From positions 1,550,001 through 1,614,000 of the forward strand of contig OY253670.1 in NCBI GenBank assembly GCA_958009085.1: 64,000 nucleotides of DNA, written 5' to 3'. Made by a program: the position numbers and the translations under genes. The notes under the pieces were generated by a model that had not been told where the DNA came from, did not search any database, and worked only from the letters and a program-made list of their open reading frames with translations. This document shows, in pieces, positions 26,240 to 39,300 of this stretch; positions within the stretch are counted from its first letter, which is position 1, and the number at the start of each line of letters is the position of its first letter. Source of the DNA: Protoeuglena noctilucae. Its lineage: Eukaryota.

Positions 26240-27628
26240 TCTCATCGCAGACTCACCGGTGATGATGCCCTTGTACACGAGCCGCTCCATCACCCACAGG
26301 CGGCAGTTGGTCTTGGCGCGCACCGTGGCGGACCGGGGCGTGTTGTAAAGCAGGCCGATCTCCCCAAACGCGCTCCCAGGGCCCATCTCGTGCGTCTTCC
26401 TCTCCCCGTCCGCCTCGATCTGCAATGAGCAAAAGGGGAGCGCAGGCGACGGTGGGCCACAGGACAGGACACCGCCCGCACAGGCGCACGACCCCTCGTC
26501 AGCAGCGGCATGACAGCCGCATGTACATCTCTCACCTCGACGGTGCAGGTCCCCTGCTCGAGGACGTAGAACTTGGACCCCCCCTCCTCCCCCTGCCGGA
26601 TGATGACCTCCCCCGCGTGCACGTCCAGGGGGGGCATGGAGTTGATGATGGCCTTGCGGGCCGGCAGCGACACCATCTGGAACAGCAGGTTGTTCTTCAC
26701 CGCGTTTTCAATCAGGTCCTGCACCTCCTGGGGCTTCTTGATCACCTGCGTGGTTGAGAGTCACGAGAGGTGTGATTTGACACCATGCACCACGCACGCT
26801 GCTTGCAGACAATCTCAGGCAGCGACGAGCACGGTGCTGAAGGAGCGACCGGACCGCCCACGCATGCCGGCTGGCCACGAGCGCGGCCCATGGTGCGGAT
26901 GCAGTTGTTGCCGGCACACCACTGCCCACGCGCACCCAGCCACATCACGCCCCGGCCCTCCCTAACACCCCTCCCTCCCCTCGCCTTGAACTCGACCGTC
27001 GACTCTGTCGACAAGATCTCCGCCACGATGGCCACGCGCTTCTGCATCAGCCGGCGTCGCTTGCGGCCCTGGTCCTCGTCGCCCCCGCCCTTGTCGTCCT
27101 TCTCGGCTGCCATGTTGTTCTCCACCTCGTCGATGGCCTCCTGGAGCGTCTTCGTCGTCAGCGCGTCATTCGTGGCGATCACGCGGCCACCGCCCTGCGG
27201 CGCGGCCGCCTTGGCATGGGACGTCGAGCCCTGACGCGCGGGCGCCGTGGACGCCTGCGGGCGGAGGCCGGGGCTCGCGCGACGATGGCGCCGGGCGAAG
27301 GACCGGCGCGGACCGGCGTCCCGGGCTGCCGCGCCGGCGGCGGGGGAGGGCCCGGCGCGCGCGCGATGAGGAGGGAGCCAGGGGACCCCGACATGTGCGC
27401 ACGGGGAGGCGTGCGGGAGGCGCGGGGGCGCGCGAGGGCGGCACCCCGTGCGACTCCCGTCCGTACCGGCGTCTGAGCCACGGCGCGCGCGCGATTCATC
27501 GCCGCAGCGAGCCTCACCGAGTCCCCGCTGGGGGCCGGCTGGTCCGGGGCCCCTGGGTCCTTCTTGTCCCCCTTCTTGCCGCGCAGGAAGCGCCGGAGCT
27601 TCCCCGTGAGCGAGTTTGGCGCGCTCAT
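22942..27628 (-). CDS. cGMP/cAMP-dependent protein kinase (PKG-like) with four cNMP-binding domains, multi-exon
   Basis: Four phosphate-binding cassettes: FGEIGLLYNTPRSAT, FGERALEFDMVRTAD, FGELALLSQDVRTAS and FGEIALFYNTRR. Kinase motifs LGLGAFG, FALKAM, RDLKPEN, DFGFAKK and CGTPDYMAPE. AGC tail PYVP..DTRNFD..FTNF. Confidence 0.92.
25128..25211. repeat. Intronic 16-bp minisatellite (AGACAGCGATCGGCAG)n
   Basis: About 4-5 near-identical tandem units. Confidence 0.85.
26132..26235. repeat. (GT)n microsatellite in an intron
   Basis: About 100 bp of almost pure GT. Confidence 0.97.
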
Positions 27629-28157
27629 CGGCGGCAAACGGCCCCTCCGCGCGCCGGCGGTCGCCGGTCAAAAAAAAATGCCTCCCTCCTGCGTCAAGCG
27701 TCGCGAGTGGAGCATTCGGGCGGCGGGAGCCGAGAAAGCGGTCACGGAGCAAGTGCAAGCATGCGATCCGCTGCCGACGCGGCTGCTGACGCACCTGCGC
27801 GCCTTGGGGGGGGACAAGGGCGACCTTCGCACGCCCGGCTCGGGAAAGATCGACGCCTTGCGTCCTGCGAATCAGAGACCAATCGACGGATGAGAATGGC
27901 GTGTAGTGACCGCGATTGGCGCGCGGAAGACGGGTCCTCCCGCCAGAAAAAGCTGCCGCACAACCGCCGATCTCGGTCCAGCCCGGCCGCGCTTGGCCAC
28001 GCGCAGTTGATGTGGAACGCGTGCCCCTGGGGACGAGCGCCGGCTTGAGCATCCGCGGGGAGAGTTGGTAGGCCGGGCTCGGTGCGCGGGGGAATCGTCA
28101 GCGGTCTCAGGAGACTTCGGCGGATCCGCCTGGAGGTTGGGTAGCGTGGGCTGAGCA

Positions 28158-29070
28158 ATGACGTCCCTGAAGGGCGTGGGGGTGCCCGTGAAGCTGCTGC
28201 ATGAGGCGGTGGGCCACACGGTGTCGGTGAGCGCTGAACAACACTGCCGGGAGCACGCGTAGGAGAAGTAGAACGCTCCAGTGTGGATGGCTGGGACGCA
28301 TCGCGCCCCCGAGCGTGGCGGGGCCCCTTGGCGCGTGAGGCAGCCACGCGAGGCCCGGGCCGAGCGACGAGGCCAGCCCCGCCGGGACTCGCTGGCACGA
28401 TGGGACTCCCTCGTGAATGTCCTGCACGGGGGGCGCAGGCAGGCCCGGGGAGGGCCCTGCACGGCCGTGCTCCCTCACGCCGCGCGTGTCAACCTCGATC
28501 CCGGGCTGCCGGCCCGGTCTCTTCGAGCAGTGGGCCCTGAGCGAAGAAAACGTGTCTTGCCCGCTCGTAGGTCGAGCTCAAGTCCGGGGAGCTGCTGCGA
28601 GGCACGCTGCACACGGCGGAGGACAACTGGAACTGCCAAGTGCGGGACGTGACGGCCACGGGGAGGGACGGACGCACCACTCACATGGACCACGTGTTCC
28701 TAAGGCGAGCGCTGGAAGCCGGGGAGGCTGTTTGGGCGATGCCGGGCCACGCATGCAGGGACACGAAGAGAGACATGGCTTTTCCACGCAGGGGCTCGCG
28801 GATCCGCTTTTTCGTCGTGCCCGACATGCTGAAAAACGCGCCGATGTTCAAGCGAATCGACCCCAAGGTGACGGGAGGGACACCTTGGTTGGCACACGAT
28901 GCATGCCCATCGGAGATGCGTGCGTGGCAGTCACTTGCCCAACCCTCCTTTGTCATGCGCAGCTCAAGGCCAAGTTGGGTCCGATGGGTATCGCCGGCAT
29001 GACGGCTGGCCGCGGCGGCGGCGGGGGGAGGGGAGAGCGGGGGGGCTTCCGGGGCCGGGGACGCTTCTGA
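28158..29070 (+). CDS. SmD3: Small nuclear ribonucleoprotein Sm D3, 4 exons
   Basis: GVPVKLLHEAVGHTVS|VELKSGELLRGTL..EDNWNCQ..VTATGRDGR..HVFLR|GSRIRFFVVPDMLKNAPMFKR, followed by an RG-rich tail. Confidence 0.95.
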
Positions 29071-29280
29071 GGGGGGCCGGTTGCATGGGGCCGCTGCTAG
29101 GCATGCGCGTCGCACGCGTCACGCTTGAAGTGCGCACGCACGCAGAGAAGAGCACGGGGAGAGGAGGGAGTGCATGTGGAGATCAGGCGGGCTAGCTAGG
29201 GAGGTCGCCGGGCGGCTCTGGCATCGGGCAGTCTCACAGTCTCACGCCCCCTCACGACGCCCGCGCCCGGCTCCCGCGCG

Positions 29281-32020
29281 TCACGGTCCCTGCGACCTCA
29301 GCAGCCGCTCCACCTCATCCTGCGCCTCCAGCTGCAGCTGCCACTCCTCCCGCATGGCCTCCACCTCCTGAAGCTTGTCGATCTCCGCCCCAATGTCGGC
29401 CAGCTCCGCCTGAGGGATCTCCGAGTCCATCTCCACCTCGATCTGCGGGAGACGCCGAGCTGGGCAGTCACGAGGACGCAGCTCCACAGGGCCTGACTGT
29501 GTCAGCAATGCACGGGGCAGTGGAGCTGGCCACCCCGCCCGCCCGCTCCCGACCTCACCTCGATCATCGAAAGCACCCGGGCATACCCGTCCGCGAGCTC
29601 CAGGCACTTGCGCAGGCGCTGCTCCAGGCCCCCCGCCGCCTGCACGCATCGACAGAGCACACGCGTCCGCAGGGGGAGCTGCTGTGGACCAGGCACTGGC
29701 AGGACGCCGCTAGAGCCGCAATGACACAGCTGCGACCCCGGCACCCCCCCGCCCTCCCCCTCGCGCCCCCACCGACTTGACCCGCTGCCCGCGGGTGGCG
29801 TACGTCTGGGCGTCCCCCACGCTCTCCATCTTCTGCTGCAGCTGACTCAGCCGCGCAAGGTCCCGGATGTCCTCCTCCGCCTGTCGCACCACCCCTTGGA
29901 GACGCTCCGACACTGCGCCACGGGGAGCAGCTCAGCTGACTCGGCCAGTCGGCCAGCCAACAATGCACAACGCTAGCCGAGCGCCGTGGCCGCAAGCCAC
30001 CCGCCCCGTTCACCGAGCATGTGCTGTTTAAGCAGGCTCTGCCTAATCTCCTCGATGCGCACGGACGGCTCCGGGAGGCGCTTCAGCTCAGGAAGCAGGT
30101 ACTGCGTGCTGGCGAACGCTGCGGGACACGGGGAGGGTGGCGGGGCGATCGTGGCGTTCCCGCCAAGCGCGCGCATCGATGGGTTGGAAGTGGGCACCCC
30201 TCGCTTTCCCGTTGACTGAGGTCACCTGTGAGGCTGGCCGTCGCCACGCCTGCCCCTATCAGCAGGGGCATGGCCGGGTCGATGAGCCCCGACGCGGCGT
30301 CCGAGCCCGCCAGCAAAATGGCCACGGTCGGGGCCCAGGAGGGCAGGACGGAAGCGGACGCGTCGGGGGGGCGCAGGAGGGGCGTGGTGGGGGCGCCCGG
30401 GGCCGCGTGGTTGCAGAGGGACAGGGGCTCGCCGCGCTTGGTGCCTGCGTCGCGGGAGCCGCAAGCTGTCCGGCTCAGCGGCCCGCATCGCGCGCACCGC
30501 CCCTGCGCCCCCAGCCACAGCGCCGCTCACCGGGCGGGGAGGTGGAGAGGATGCCCACACGGCGCTGGCCGGGCCCGGTGGGGGCGCAGACGACCGTGAC
30601 GCGCTGGCCCTCGAAGGCGGGGACGTCGGCCGTCTCGGTGGCGAAGCGGAAGGCCCGCGACTGGCCCCCCGGGGTCTGCACCACCACCTCGTGCACGGCG
30701 CCCGTGGGCGGCTGCCTCCACACGCCCGCTAGCCGCAGGGCCGCGAGCAGGACGCTCTGCTGCGACGTCAGGGCCTCGGATGACACGCGTGTCACCACCC
30801 CGCTGAAGAGCTCAAACTCGTACCGGGACTGCGGGCGTGCGGGGGCGGGGGGGGTGACGGGGGTGGCATGGGGACCTCGCAGCGTCCGCCGCGGGTCGGG
30901 CGCCGCGTTGCATCGCAGAGACGCGAGGTGGCCCTCGCCTCGGCGCACGCCACCACCCGGCACCCCTCCTGGGGCTGCACCACGGCCAGGGGCGGGCAGG
31001 GTGGCAGGGGCGACTTGACGACCTGGCCGAACGGGACCTCGGTGTTGCGCGCGGAGGATGCTCCCGCTCGCACGACCTGCGGCGTCACGTCACGGCATCG
31101 GCATGTCGCAGCATGGCGGCCTGTGCTGTGCTCCCCAACAGCGCTGCCCCCCGCTGCTCCCTCGCCTGCAGGACCCGCATGGCGTCAGTGACTTGCACTT
31201 CCTTCGCCAGGCCCACGAGGATCTCCTGCAGCGTCTCCAGCCCCGCGCGCGGCCACGTCCACTGCCCCTGGCTCGCCTTGCTGCGCACGCACGCACCGGG
31301 GACGGCCGTCAGCGCCATCGGCAGCGCCAGCACCTCCCCTCGTTCACATTCTATCGAGCGGGAGCAAAAATTCCTGCCGTCGAGCACCGCAGTCTCCCCG
31401 GCTCGCCTGCTGCACGTGGCATCGAAGAGCGAAACCACCAGGGGGAAGTTCCCGCGCTCCAGAGCGACGCCTATGATCTTCCGCACGTCCTTGTCGGATA
31501 GAGGTGGTGTTGTGTGGCCGAGCGCCTGCGAACGCGGCGCGCGCAGCGTGGACAGGGCACAGCGTGAGATCTGCTGGCAAGGTGGCCGCCGCGCGCTCCG
31601 ACCCACCTCCACCTCCTGCAGATACATATCGAGCGCCTCCGATGCAGTCTGCAGGAGAGAAGACGGCGCTGCATTGGCCACGAGCGCATCGGCTCGGCTC
31701 AGGTCCGCTCGCGCCAACGCACCGACGAGGCACTCCGCGCATCCCGCGTTCTTTGCACCCTACCTTGCATCCCGAGACCTTGCGCATTACCGCAGAAGTG
31801 TCAATCAGCGACTCGCTCTCCGCGGGTGCCTTCTTGGCCTTCTTGGGCTCCCGCGCCACCGCCCCGTCCCCCACCCTGTGGGCGCGCGCGATGCGAAGGG
31901 AAGGTCGGGCCGGGACTCCCGATTCATATTCATGGCATAGACATGTGGCATGGGCGTGTTCCCCGGGAGAATCGGGCCGCGTGGCCATCGAAACCCACGG
32001 GTCGACGAGGATCTCGCCAT
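29281..32020 (-). CDS. Conserved green-lineage hypothetical (probably plastid) protein, multi-exon; start uncertain
   Basis: Exons include EVPFGQVVKSP..LAVVQPQEG, RYEFELFSG, RFATETADVPAFEGQRVTV and a TM segment. The coiled-coil end reads EAMREEWQLQLEAQDEVERLL. It resembles an uncharacterised plant protein family (recalled, not searched). Confidence 0.6.
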
Positions 32021-32631
32021 GCTGTCTCACCCGCGCGAGCCGCCGCGCACTGCCCGTCCGCCGGTCGATCGCGCAACGCAGCTAGACGCGAAGGAACGCC
32101 CCTTTAAGTGAAGCAGCTCGAGGCGCCTCGCTCGGATGGCAGCGGGCGAGGCGACCAAGGACCAGCTTGTCCCCCCCGAGCAAGACGGCGCACCGCCGCA
32201 GGATCGCGTCGGCCGACCACATCTCCCCGCCGCAAGCTTGGACATGGCGGGGGACGGGCGGCCTTCCGTCAGCTCGCTGGTCGCGACGTCGTTGCCAGGG
32301 GTCGGCGATCACCCACGCAAGGCGTCCCCCGACCTGCGCGCCCGACGAGTCGACAAGGCAGGAAGGTGGGGGGAAAGGCGCGCTTCAATGCAAGGCGCAC
32401 CGGAAACGGTGGAGCTGGGCTTTGCGCTGCAACCCAAGATGGTGAGCCAGCGACATCTGGCGCCAAAAGAGCGCGGCGCAAGGTCGCTTAGGACGTCAAG
32501 ACTATTGTTGTGCGGCTGCCTTTGCGACGTGAAAAGAGGATATGCAGACTGGCGCCAGTCTCAGGCGAGCCAGCCAGGATCCTCCTGCATCCTTCTCCAG
32601 AAGACCAGCAAGGCCAAAGAGTTGGCGAGCT

Positions 32632-33685
32632 TCACGAGCCCTTCTTCTCCACGCCTTCTCCATCCCCGTCGTACTCCACCTCGAGCAGCACCTCGTTGGT
32701 CCTCATGTACGAGGGCGAGAACGGCGGGTCATACTGCCAGAGGGACAGGCGGGCGCCCTGCTTCACCTGCACGCCTGCCTGAGCCAGGACGAAGCGCAGC
32801 ACCGCGTCCATCACCGCGACCTGCAGGGGTCGGGTCCACTGTCAGTGGGCTTCCCTCGAGTGGTCAGACGTGGTCAGGCGCAATGGCTGCGTGTCTGCGC
32901 GTCGGCATCCTCTCGCCTTGGCCTCCGAGGGGCTCGCGCCGCTCCACGTGATGGCGGCCAGCGTGCGCCCCGGCTCCTCCCTCAGCTGCACGTCCGAGTC
33001 GTGTGGCTTGGGCAGGGTCGCCATCGTCCACTTGCTCGGCATGGTGAACGTGACACTGCGTGTGAGAAAGGCGGGCCCTGGCAGCATGCGCGCGAGCAGG
33101 CGCCCAGCGGGACGTGACCTGTCGGTGCTCACCGGATGGATCCGGCCTCAGTGAAGCGCGCCATGGACGCGATGGACGTGCTCGCTCCCCCCTCGCGAGG
33201 GAGGATGTCCGAAATGACGGGAGAAGTCATGGCAATCGACTCGCTCCCCGCGCCCGACACGCTGTCGTTCTTGCCAAAGATGTACCCCGCGCATTTGCGG
33301 AACCCGCGGCTCAGGGCGTCACGCAGCGTCGCAGCGCCCTTGACCTCGAACGTAGCCACCAAGAACGGCGAGTAGCGGCGGATTTCGACGCCCCTCCCGA
33401 CAGGCATGCCACCCTCTCGGGCCGCCGACACGTCCAGACGCCGCAGCAGCGTATACGCCGGTTTCTCGCATGCCTTCACGATCCACCTGCGCAGTGGCGA
33501 GTGCGTTGTGATCGTTTGCCCCCCTCCAAGCACGCGTGCGAGCATCCGGGGCTAATGAACGGGCCATCCGTCGCGAATCGCCCTCCCATCAATGCGCACC
33601 AGCTGCTGATGTGCCACGCCGCGAGGCCCGTCCCCAGTATTGCCCCGGCGACCGAGAGGCCCACCGCAAGCGCGTTGCCCGGCAT
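32632..33685 (-). CDS. SOUL heme-binding family protein, multi-exon
   Basis: CEKPAYTLL, VEIRRY, GFRKCAGYIFGKN, IAMTSPV, FTMPSKWTMATLPKP and QYDPPFSPSYMRTNEVL. Confidence 0.9.
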
Positions 33686-33714
33686 CGTTCGCAATTGACG
33701 GCCGCTGCCTGCGA

Positions 33715-33794
33715 CTCCCGCAGAGATGTAGATGGCCTACAATATCAATCACCTCTCCCGCAGAGATGCAGATAGCCTACAATATCAATCACCT
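33715..33794. repeat. 40-bp tandem duplication in intergenic DNA
   Basis: CTCCCGCAGAGATGYAGATRGCCTACAATATCAATCACCT occurs twice with 2 mismatches. Confidence 0.9.
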
Positions 33795-33883
33795 CGATGG
33801 CCTCTATAGGATATCATTCATGCAACGCCGGGCAGGGCCAGCCCCGCAAGTGGCGCTGCGGCACAATTCATCAACTGGGCTGG

Positions 33884-35933
33884 CTAGAGCTCCTTGGCCG
33901 CCTGGGCCAGGTCGTCGAGGCGGCGCACGGCGCTGCGACCGGCGATGGTGCCCATGACGGCGCACTCGAGCAGCGAGTTGCCCGCCAGCCGGTTGCGGCC
34001 GTGGAGTCCCCCCGTGACCTCACCCGCGGCAAAGAAGCCAGGGATGGCCGCGTCCGTCTCGTCCAGCACCTGCGCACGCATCGGGCAAGTGGTGCTCGCA
34101 CGGCGCGCGTCGTCACCACCTGCGCCGCGCGCCCAGCCCAGCCGCCCGTCTCACCCGGCCCTCCCTGTCGACGCGCACGCCGCCCATGCAGTAGTGGACG
34201 ACGGGCGTGACGCGCGCAGCCCACACAGCCTCGTCGCGGCCCAAGGTGACCGGGAAGACCGTCTTGCCAAACGCGTCCTGCGCCTCCCCCGCCGCCGCTC
34301 GGTTGTACGCCTCCACCTCGTCGACCAGCACGGCCTCCTCCGCCCCGATCAGCCACGCCAGGCCGCCCAGCCCCGCTACTTTGGCGAACAGGCCCCGCGA
34401 TTGGTAGAAGTCGATGTCGGCTGCCCCGTACGCCTCCCTCCCCGCCTCCGGCAGCACCAGCCACACCTCTGGGGCGCCCCCGGGCTGCGACCCCGGCGCG
34501 TCCGCGGGCCCCTGCTCCATGATGGCGGCCGTCACGCGGTCGCGGGTCGAGAGCTCGTCCACGAAGCGCCGGCCCTCGCGGTTGAAGAGCACCGCGCCCG
34601 TGCCCCGCAGGCGCTCGGGGGCCAGGAACTTGGTCGGGTTGCGGGGGTCCGAGGGATCCACGAAGCCCGTGGGGTGCACCTGCACCTGCGGGCACAAAAG
34701 GGCACGGGACGGGGTCCTGGTCGGCCACAGGGGGGAGGTCCACACGCTCACGCCACGTCGACAATGACTACTTCCAAACCTGGTCCATGTGCACGAGCGC
34801 GGCCCCCCCGTCAAACGCGACCAGCATGCCGTCCCCCGTGGCCTGGGGCCCGTTGGACGTGGACAGCCCTGCCGCGTGGTGCGCGAATCGCTCCAACATC
34901 TCCTGACTCGCCCCAAACCCACCCGTCGCCATGACCACCGCCCCCGCCCTGCAGGCAGCGGGGCACCAGGGCTGGTGCATTCGCCGCAGGCAGGCACCCC
35001 GTGCCCTGCTCTCGATGCAACACGCGACCCACCCGATGCAGCGGCTGGCACTGCCGTCGCCCTCAGCCACCACGACCCCCTCCACTCCGCCCGACCCCAC
35101 CAGCACCCGCTCCACGCGTGCATCGAGTAAGGTCTCGACACCAGCCTCCGCCACCGCCTCCACCATGCGGGTCATGATGTACCGCCCGACGTTGGGACCC
35201 TGCAGCGCGGACGCGGGTCGACGTCCCTCCGCCTCCGCGAGGGGCGCGGCCTGGTCATCCTGCCCTCTCTCGCCTGGGGGTTGGAGTGCGTGCGCGGCCG
35301 GCTGTGCCCCCCCAGCTGCGTCACGACCGACAGGTCGAGGCCCAGCGCCTCCAGCCTCCCCAGGGCCGCCTCGCTCTGGGCCGCGAGGGTGGCCACGAGC
35401 GCCAGGTCGCTCAGGCCCCCTCCCGAGGCCATCGTGTCATCGAAGAAGGCCTCCTCTGAGTCCCCCTGCGATGCGGTCACGGCGTTCATGCCGCTGCTCG
35501 CCTTGGCGCTGTTGCCGCCCAGCGCCCCGGTCTTCTCCACCAGCACCACGCGGGCGCCCTCGCGACGGGCCTCCAGGGCAGCTGCAGGAAAGCAGCGCGA
35601 GCGTTGCTTGCAGCGCCAAAAGGATGCGTGGCTTCGCTGGCTCGGGCGCGGGGATGCGCACCTGAAAGGCCAGCCAGGCCGCCCCCGACGACGACTACGG
35701 TATCGAAGCCCGCGCCCTCGCTCGCAGACGGCCCGCATGCTGTTGCCAGGGCCCGATGCGCCTGCTGCGCATTTTCTGCCGATCCCAGCGCGACAGCCAC
35801 ACCCTTTGGGCAAACGAGAACTCGGTCATAATGTTCTTAACGCTTTCGTCTTCCGGATGCCATGCAGGCGCGCTGCGCTCACCATCAAGATAATAAGCAC
35901 AACGGCGAAAAGGACAGCAAGGGCCCTCGCCAT
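33884..35933 (-). CDS. Soluble-type FAD-dependent fumarate reductase (flavocytochrome c/Osm1-like) with N-terminal signal or anchor, multi-exon
   Basis: VVVVGGGLAGLS, GGNSAKASSGMN, LGGHSRPRTH, MATGGFG, QVHPTG, APERLRG, HYCMGGV and AGEVTGGLHGRNRLAGNSLLEC. Confidence 0.92.
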
Positions 35934-36322
35934 CGTCGCGCGGGGACGGGAGACCCCCCAGAGGTCTGAGCCCCGACTTCTGGCTAAATCCTGTCCGAAT
36001 AGGGGCTGTTTCACCCCCCTGGTGACTCCCCTGGTCTGTCACTGACGCCGGAAACACGCTAATTGCCTGGTCTGACGAGATTGGTCGACGAAATCGGACG
36101 GCGACCAGCCATCCGAGCTGAGACGTTCCATCGCAATGCGCAGGCGGAATGTCAAACCGGGCCTTCCCTGTGATCCTCCGCTTTGGGGCCGCATCCGCAT
36201 CAATCCTTTGTTGCCGCGCTGGTTTGTGACCAGGCTCAGGGTAGGCATGGTTCGTTTTCAACCGACCAGGCGCTGCTAGGTTCTAGGGGCTAGTGGCGCT
36301 AGATGGTAGCTATCTACGAGAC

Positions 36323-39300
36323 TCAGAGGAGCGCGGCCAGCAGCATGGACGCGGCCAGGAGCGCACTGCCCGTCGCCGCCATGAAGGCGCTGGACTTCTT
36401 CGTCGGCGCCGGCGTGGACGACGAGGGCGTCGAGGAGCCGGGGCCCGAGCTGGGGGCGGGGGTGGGGACGGTCGCGACGGATGCCACCACGGACGGGACC
36501 TGGAGCTGGTAGAGGGCCGAGGTGGGGTCGGACGCCGCAGCGATCAGGGCCGACTGGATGGAAGTGGCCAGTGCCGAGCCGTCGCCGACCGCCGTCACGA
36601 GCGCCTGGGCCGCGGTATTGGTGGCAGCTGCCACAGCCACGTTGAGGTTCACCGCTACCTGCGTGGGAATATAAGGATTGGCGATTGGCATCGAAAATCA
36701 ATCAGCAGGCACAATTATTGACAATATCGACTCCATGCACCCCCACAGCAGCAGCAGCACTCACGTCGAGGAGGGCGCGGCGCGACGTGGAGGCCGTGAC
36801 AACAACCGACGAGGCCGGCACGCCCAGCTTGGCGGCCACGGTGCTCTGGATCTGGGCCTCGATGGCGGCCAGCTGGACGCTCGAGGGCTGGGTCTTGAAC
36901 GACAGCGTGACCGTGAACTTGGCCTGGGGCGTGCCCGAGGCGATGGGCGTGGGGGTCGGGAAGAGGTCGTTGATGACGATGTTCATCGAGAACACGTCCG
37001 ACGTCTGGTAGCCCGAGCCGCTCGTCTTGGGGCTGCACGACAGCACCAGCGTCGTGGCCGAGCCGGTGACGCTGGGCATGGCCGACCGGTACACGGGCGT
37101 CGAGGACGTGGTGACCGCGATGTCGGGCGTGGTGGCCGTGGAGGAGGCCATGACCGAGCCGGTGTAGGCGGGGGAGTTCTTGGCGTTGGCCAGCGTGCAG
37201 TCGACCGTGACGGCCTGGTTGAGCGCCTGCAGGTTGACGAGCTCGCCCGCCGCGTACTGCGTTTGCTCGATGGCCTGCACCGACGTGACCTGGGAGCCGG
37301 CCGTGAGCGCCTTGCCCTTGGTGTCGGTGGCGATGGCCTTGGTGCCCGTCACGAACACCACCGTCTGGTTGCGGACGTAGACGTCGAACTTGGCCGCCTC
37401 GGTCGTGTAGCCGCCCGCAGACGACGAGGGCATGCACGTGTAGGTCACCGTCTTGTCGGCGCTGATGGTCAGCGAGGCCGGAACGGTGACGCTGACGGCC
37501 GTGCCGCCCACCAGGTTGCTCGTCGTGGGCATGGAGATGGCCGACGTGACGTTGGGCAGCGTGGCGGTGTCGCTCGACGTGCACGTCACCAAGACGGCGG
37601 CGGTCGGGGGGACCGTCGTGTACAGCTGGACCAGGGCGCCGGCGGAGCTGCTTTGGAGCTCGAACACGGCCGGGGTGAGGGAGGCCGAGCCCGAGGCCAG
37701 GAGGGTGCCGCTGGCCACCGTCGACCCGCTGGCCGTTGTGGCAGAGGAGCCGGCCACGGCGATGAGGGACCGCGCGAGGACCACGACGTCGAACTTGACG
37801 CTCTCGGTGCCCTTGTAGGGCGAGGAGGCGCACACCACTATGCACGAGTAGGTCACGGTCGTGTTCTTGCTCACGGCCGCGGGGTTGTGCAGCGACAGGG
37901 CCGTGCCTGCGTTCACAAGGTTGGACACGCTGACGTCGCTCATCACGGACGAGTTGTTCGACGTGCAGTAGACGTCCACGGCCACCTCCTTGTTGGACGA
38001 GTCGAGGGCGGGCGTCTTGGTCATGAGCTTGACCGTGCTGTTCCCACCCGTGTACATGACGAGCAGCGGCGCCAGGGACGCGGTGGTCGAGTAGCCGATG
38101 TTGGTGCCGGCCGAGATGGACTGAAGCGTCGAGCTGTTGAGCGCGGACGAGCCCGCCACGGCCATCAGGCCGTAGTAGTAGACGTACACGTCGAACTTGA
38201 CCGAGTCGGTCGTGTCCAGGCCGCCAGCCGCCGCAGTCGGAGCGCACGTGTAGGTCACGGTAGTGTCGCCGGTCAGGGCGCCCATGGGCGTGGGGATGGG
38301 GATGTTGACAGCCGTGGTGCCGGAGACAGACAGGGCCGTGGTGATGCTGGCCAGCACCGTCGAGGCGCTGCTCGTGCAGTTGAACGTAACCGTAGCCGTG
38401 GCCGTGGCGTTGAGGCTGATGGTCGCGACGGTACCCGAGGTCGTCGACTGGCCGTACATGACGGCGGGCGTGATGGCGAGCGAGCCGCCGCCCGAGATGT
38501 CAGTGCCAGATGCCGGCGTCAGGTTGGTGTCCGCGCGGACGGCGGACGAGCCGGCCTTGATGACGGGCTTGAGGGCAACGACCTTGATGTCGAAGAAGAC
38601 CGTGCCCGTCACGGTCGTCTTGGCCGCGGCCGGGGTGGTGGGTGCGGGGGTGGCAGTCGACGCAGGCGTGGAGGCCTGAGTAGCGGCCGGCGTAGGCGCC
38701 GTGGTGGCGGCCGGCGTGGAGCCAGACGGGGTCCCGGCGGGCGTCGGGGCCGGCGTGGGCGCGGCCACGGAGCCGGGGGTGCACGTGTAGGTCACCGTGG
38801 TGTCGGCCGAGACCGACGCGGCGACCGGGACCATGAGCCCCACGGCGCTGGCGGACGAGAGAGACACGTTGTTGATGTCCGCGAGCACGGTCGAGTTGCT
38901 CGACTTGCACGAATAGGTCGTGGCCGTCTGGGGGGCTGCCGTGGCCTGCAGGGCCACGATGGTGCTGGAGGCCGCCGCGCCCTCGTACACAACAGGCGTG
39001 CGCGAGGCGATGCCCGTGCCGAGGATGGAGGCGCCAGCAGTCAGGGTCGTGGTCCCATCGGCGGCCTTGCCCGCAGCCGAGCCCGCCACGACCTGGACTC
39101 TGGGGTTGGAGACAAACACGTCGAAGGTGACGCTCACGCTGGTCGCAAAGCCGCCGGCCGCGGCGCTGGGGGCGCACGTGAAGGTGACGAGCGTGCCTGA
39201 AGACACGACCGCGGGAGTGGGGAGGGCGAGGTTGACGGCGGTGGTCGTTGAGACGGACGTGGCCGGAACGTCGCCGACGACGGCCTTGTTGCTCGACGTG

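Noticed and set aside
26114..26428. CV/HT dipeptide-repeat ORFs
   Set aside because: Translation of an intronic (GT)n microsatellite.
1..36300. Hundreds of short six-frame ORFs
   Set aside because: Expected in high-GC DNA. They are accounted for by spliced host genes or low-complexity introns.
36678..39200. 840-aa plus-strand ORF and other long overlapping ORFs
   Set aside because: These are antisense or shifted-frame shadows of the GC-rich surface-protein exon. They are R/G-rich with no motifs.
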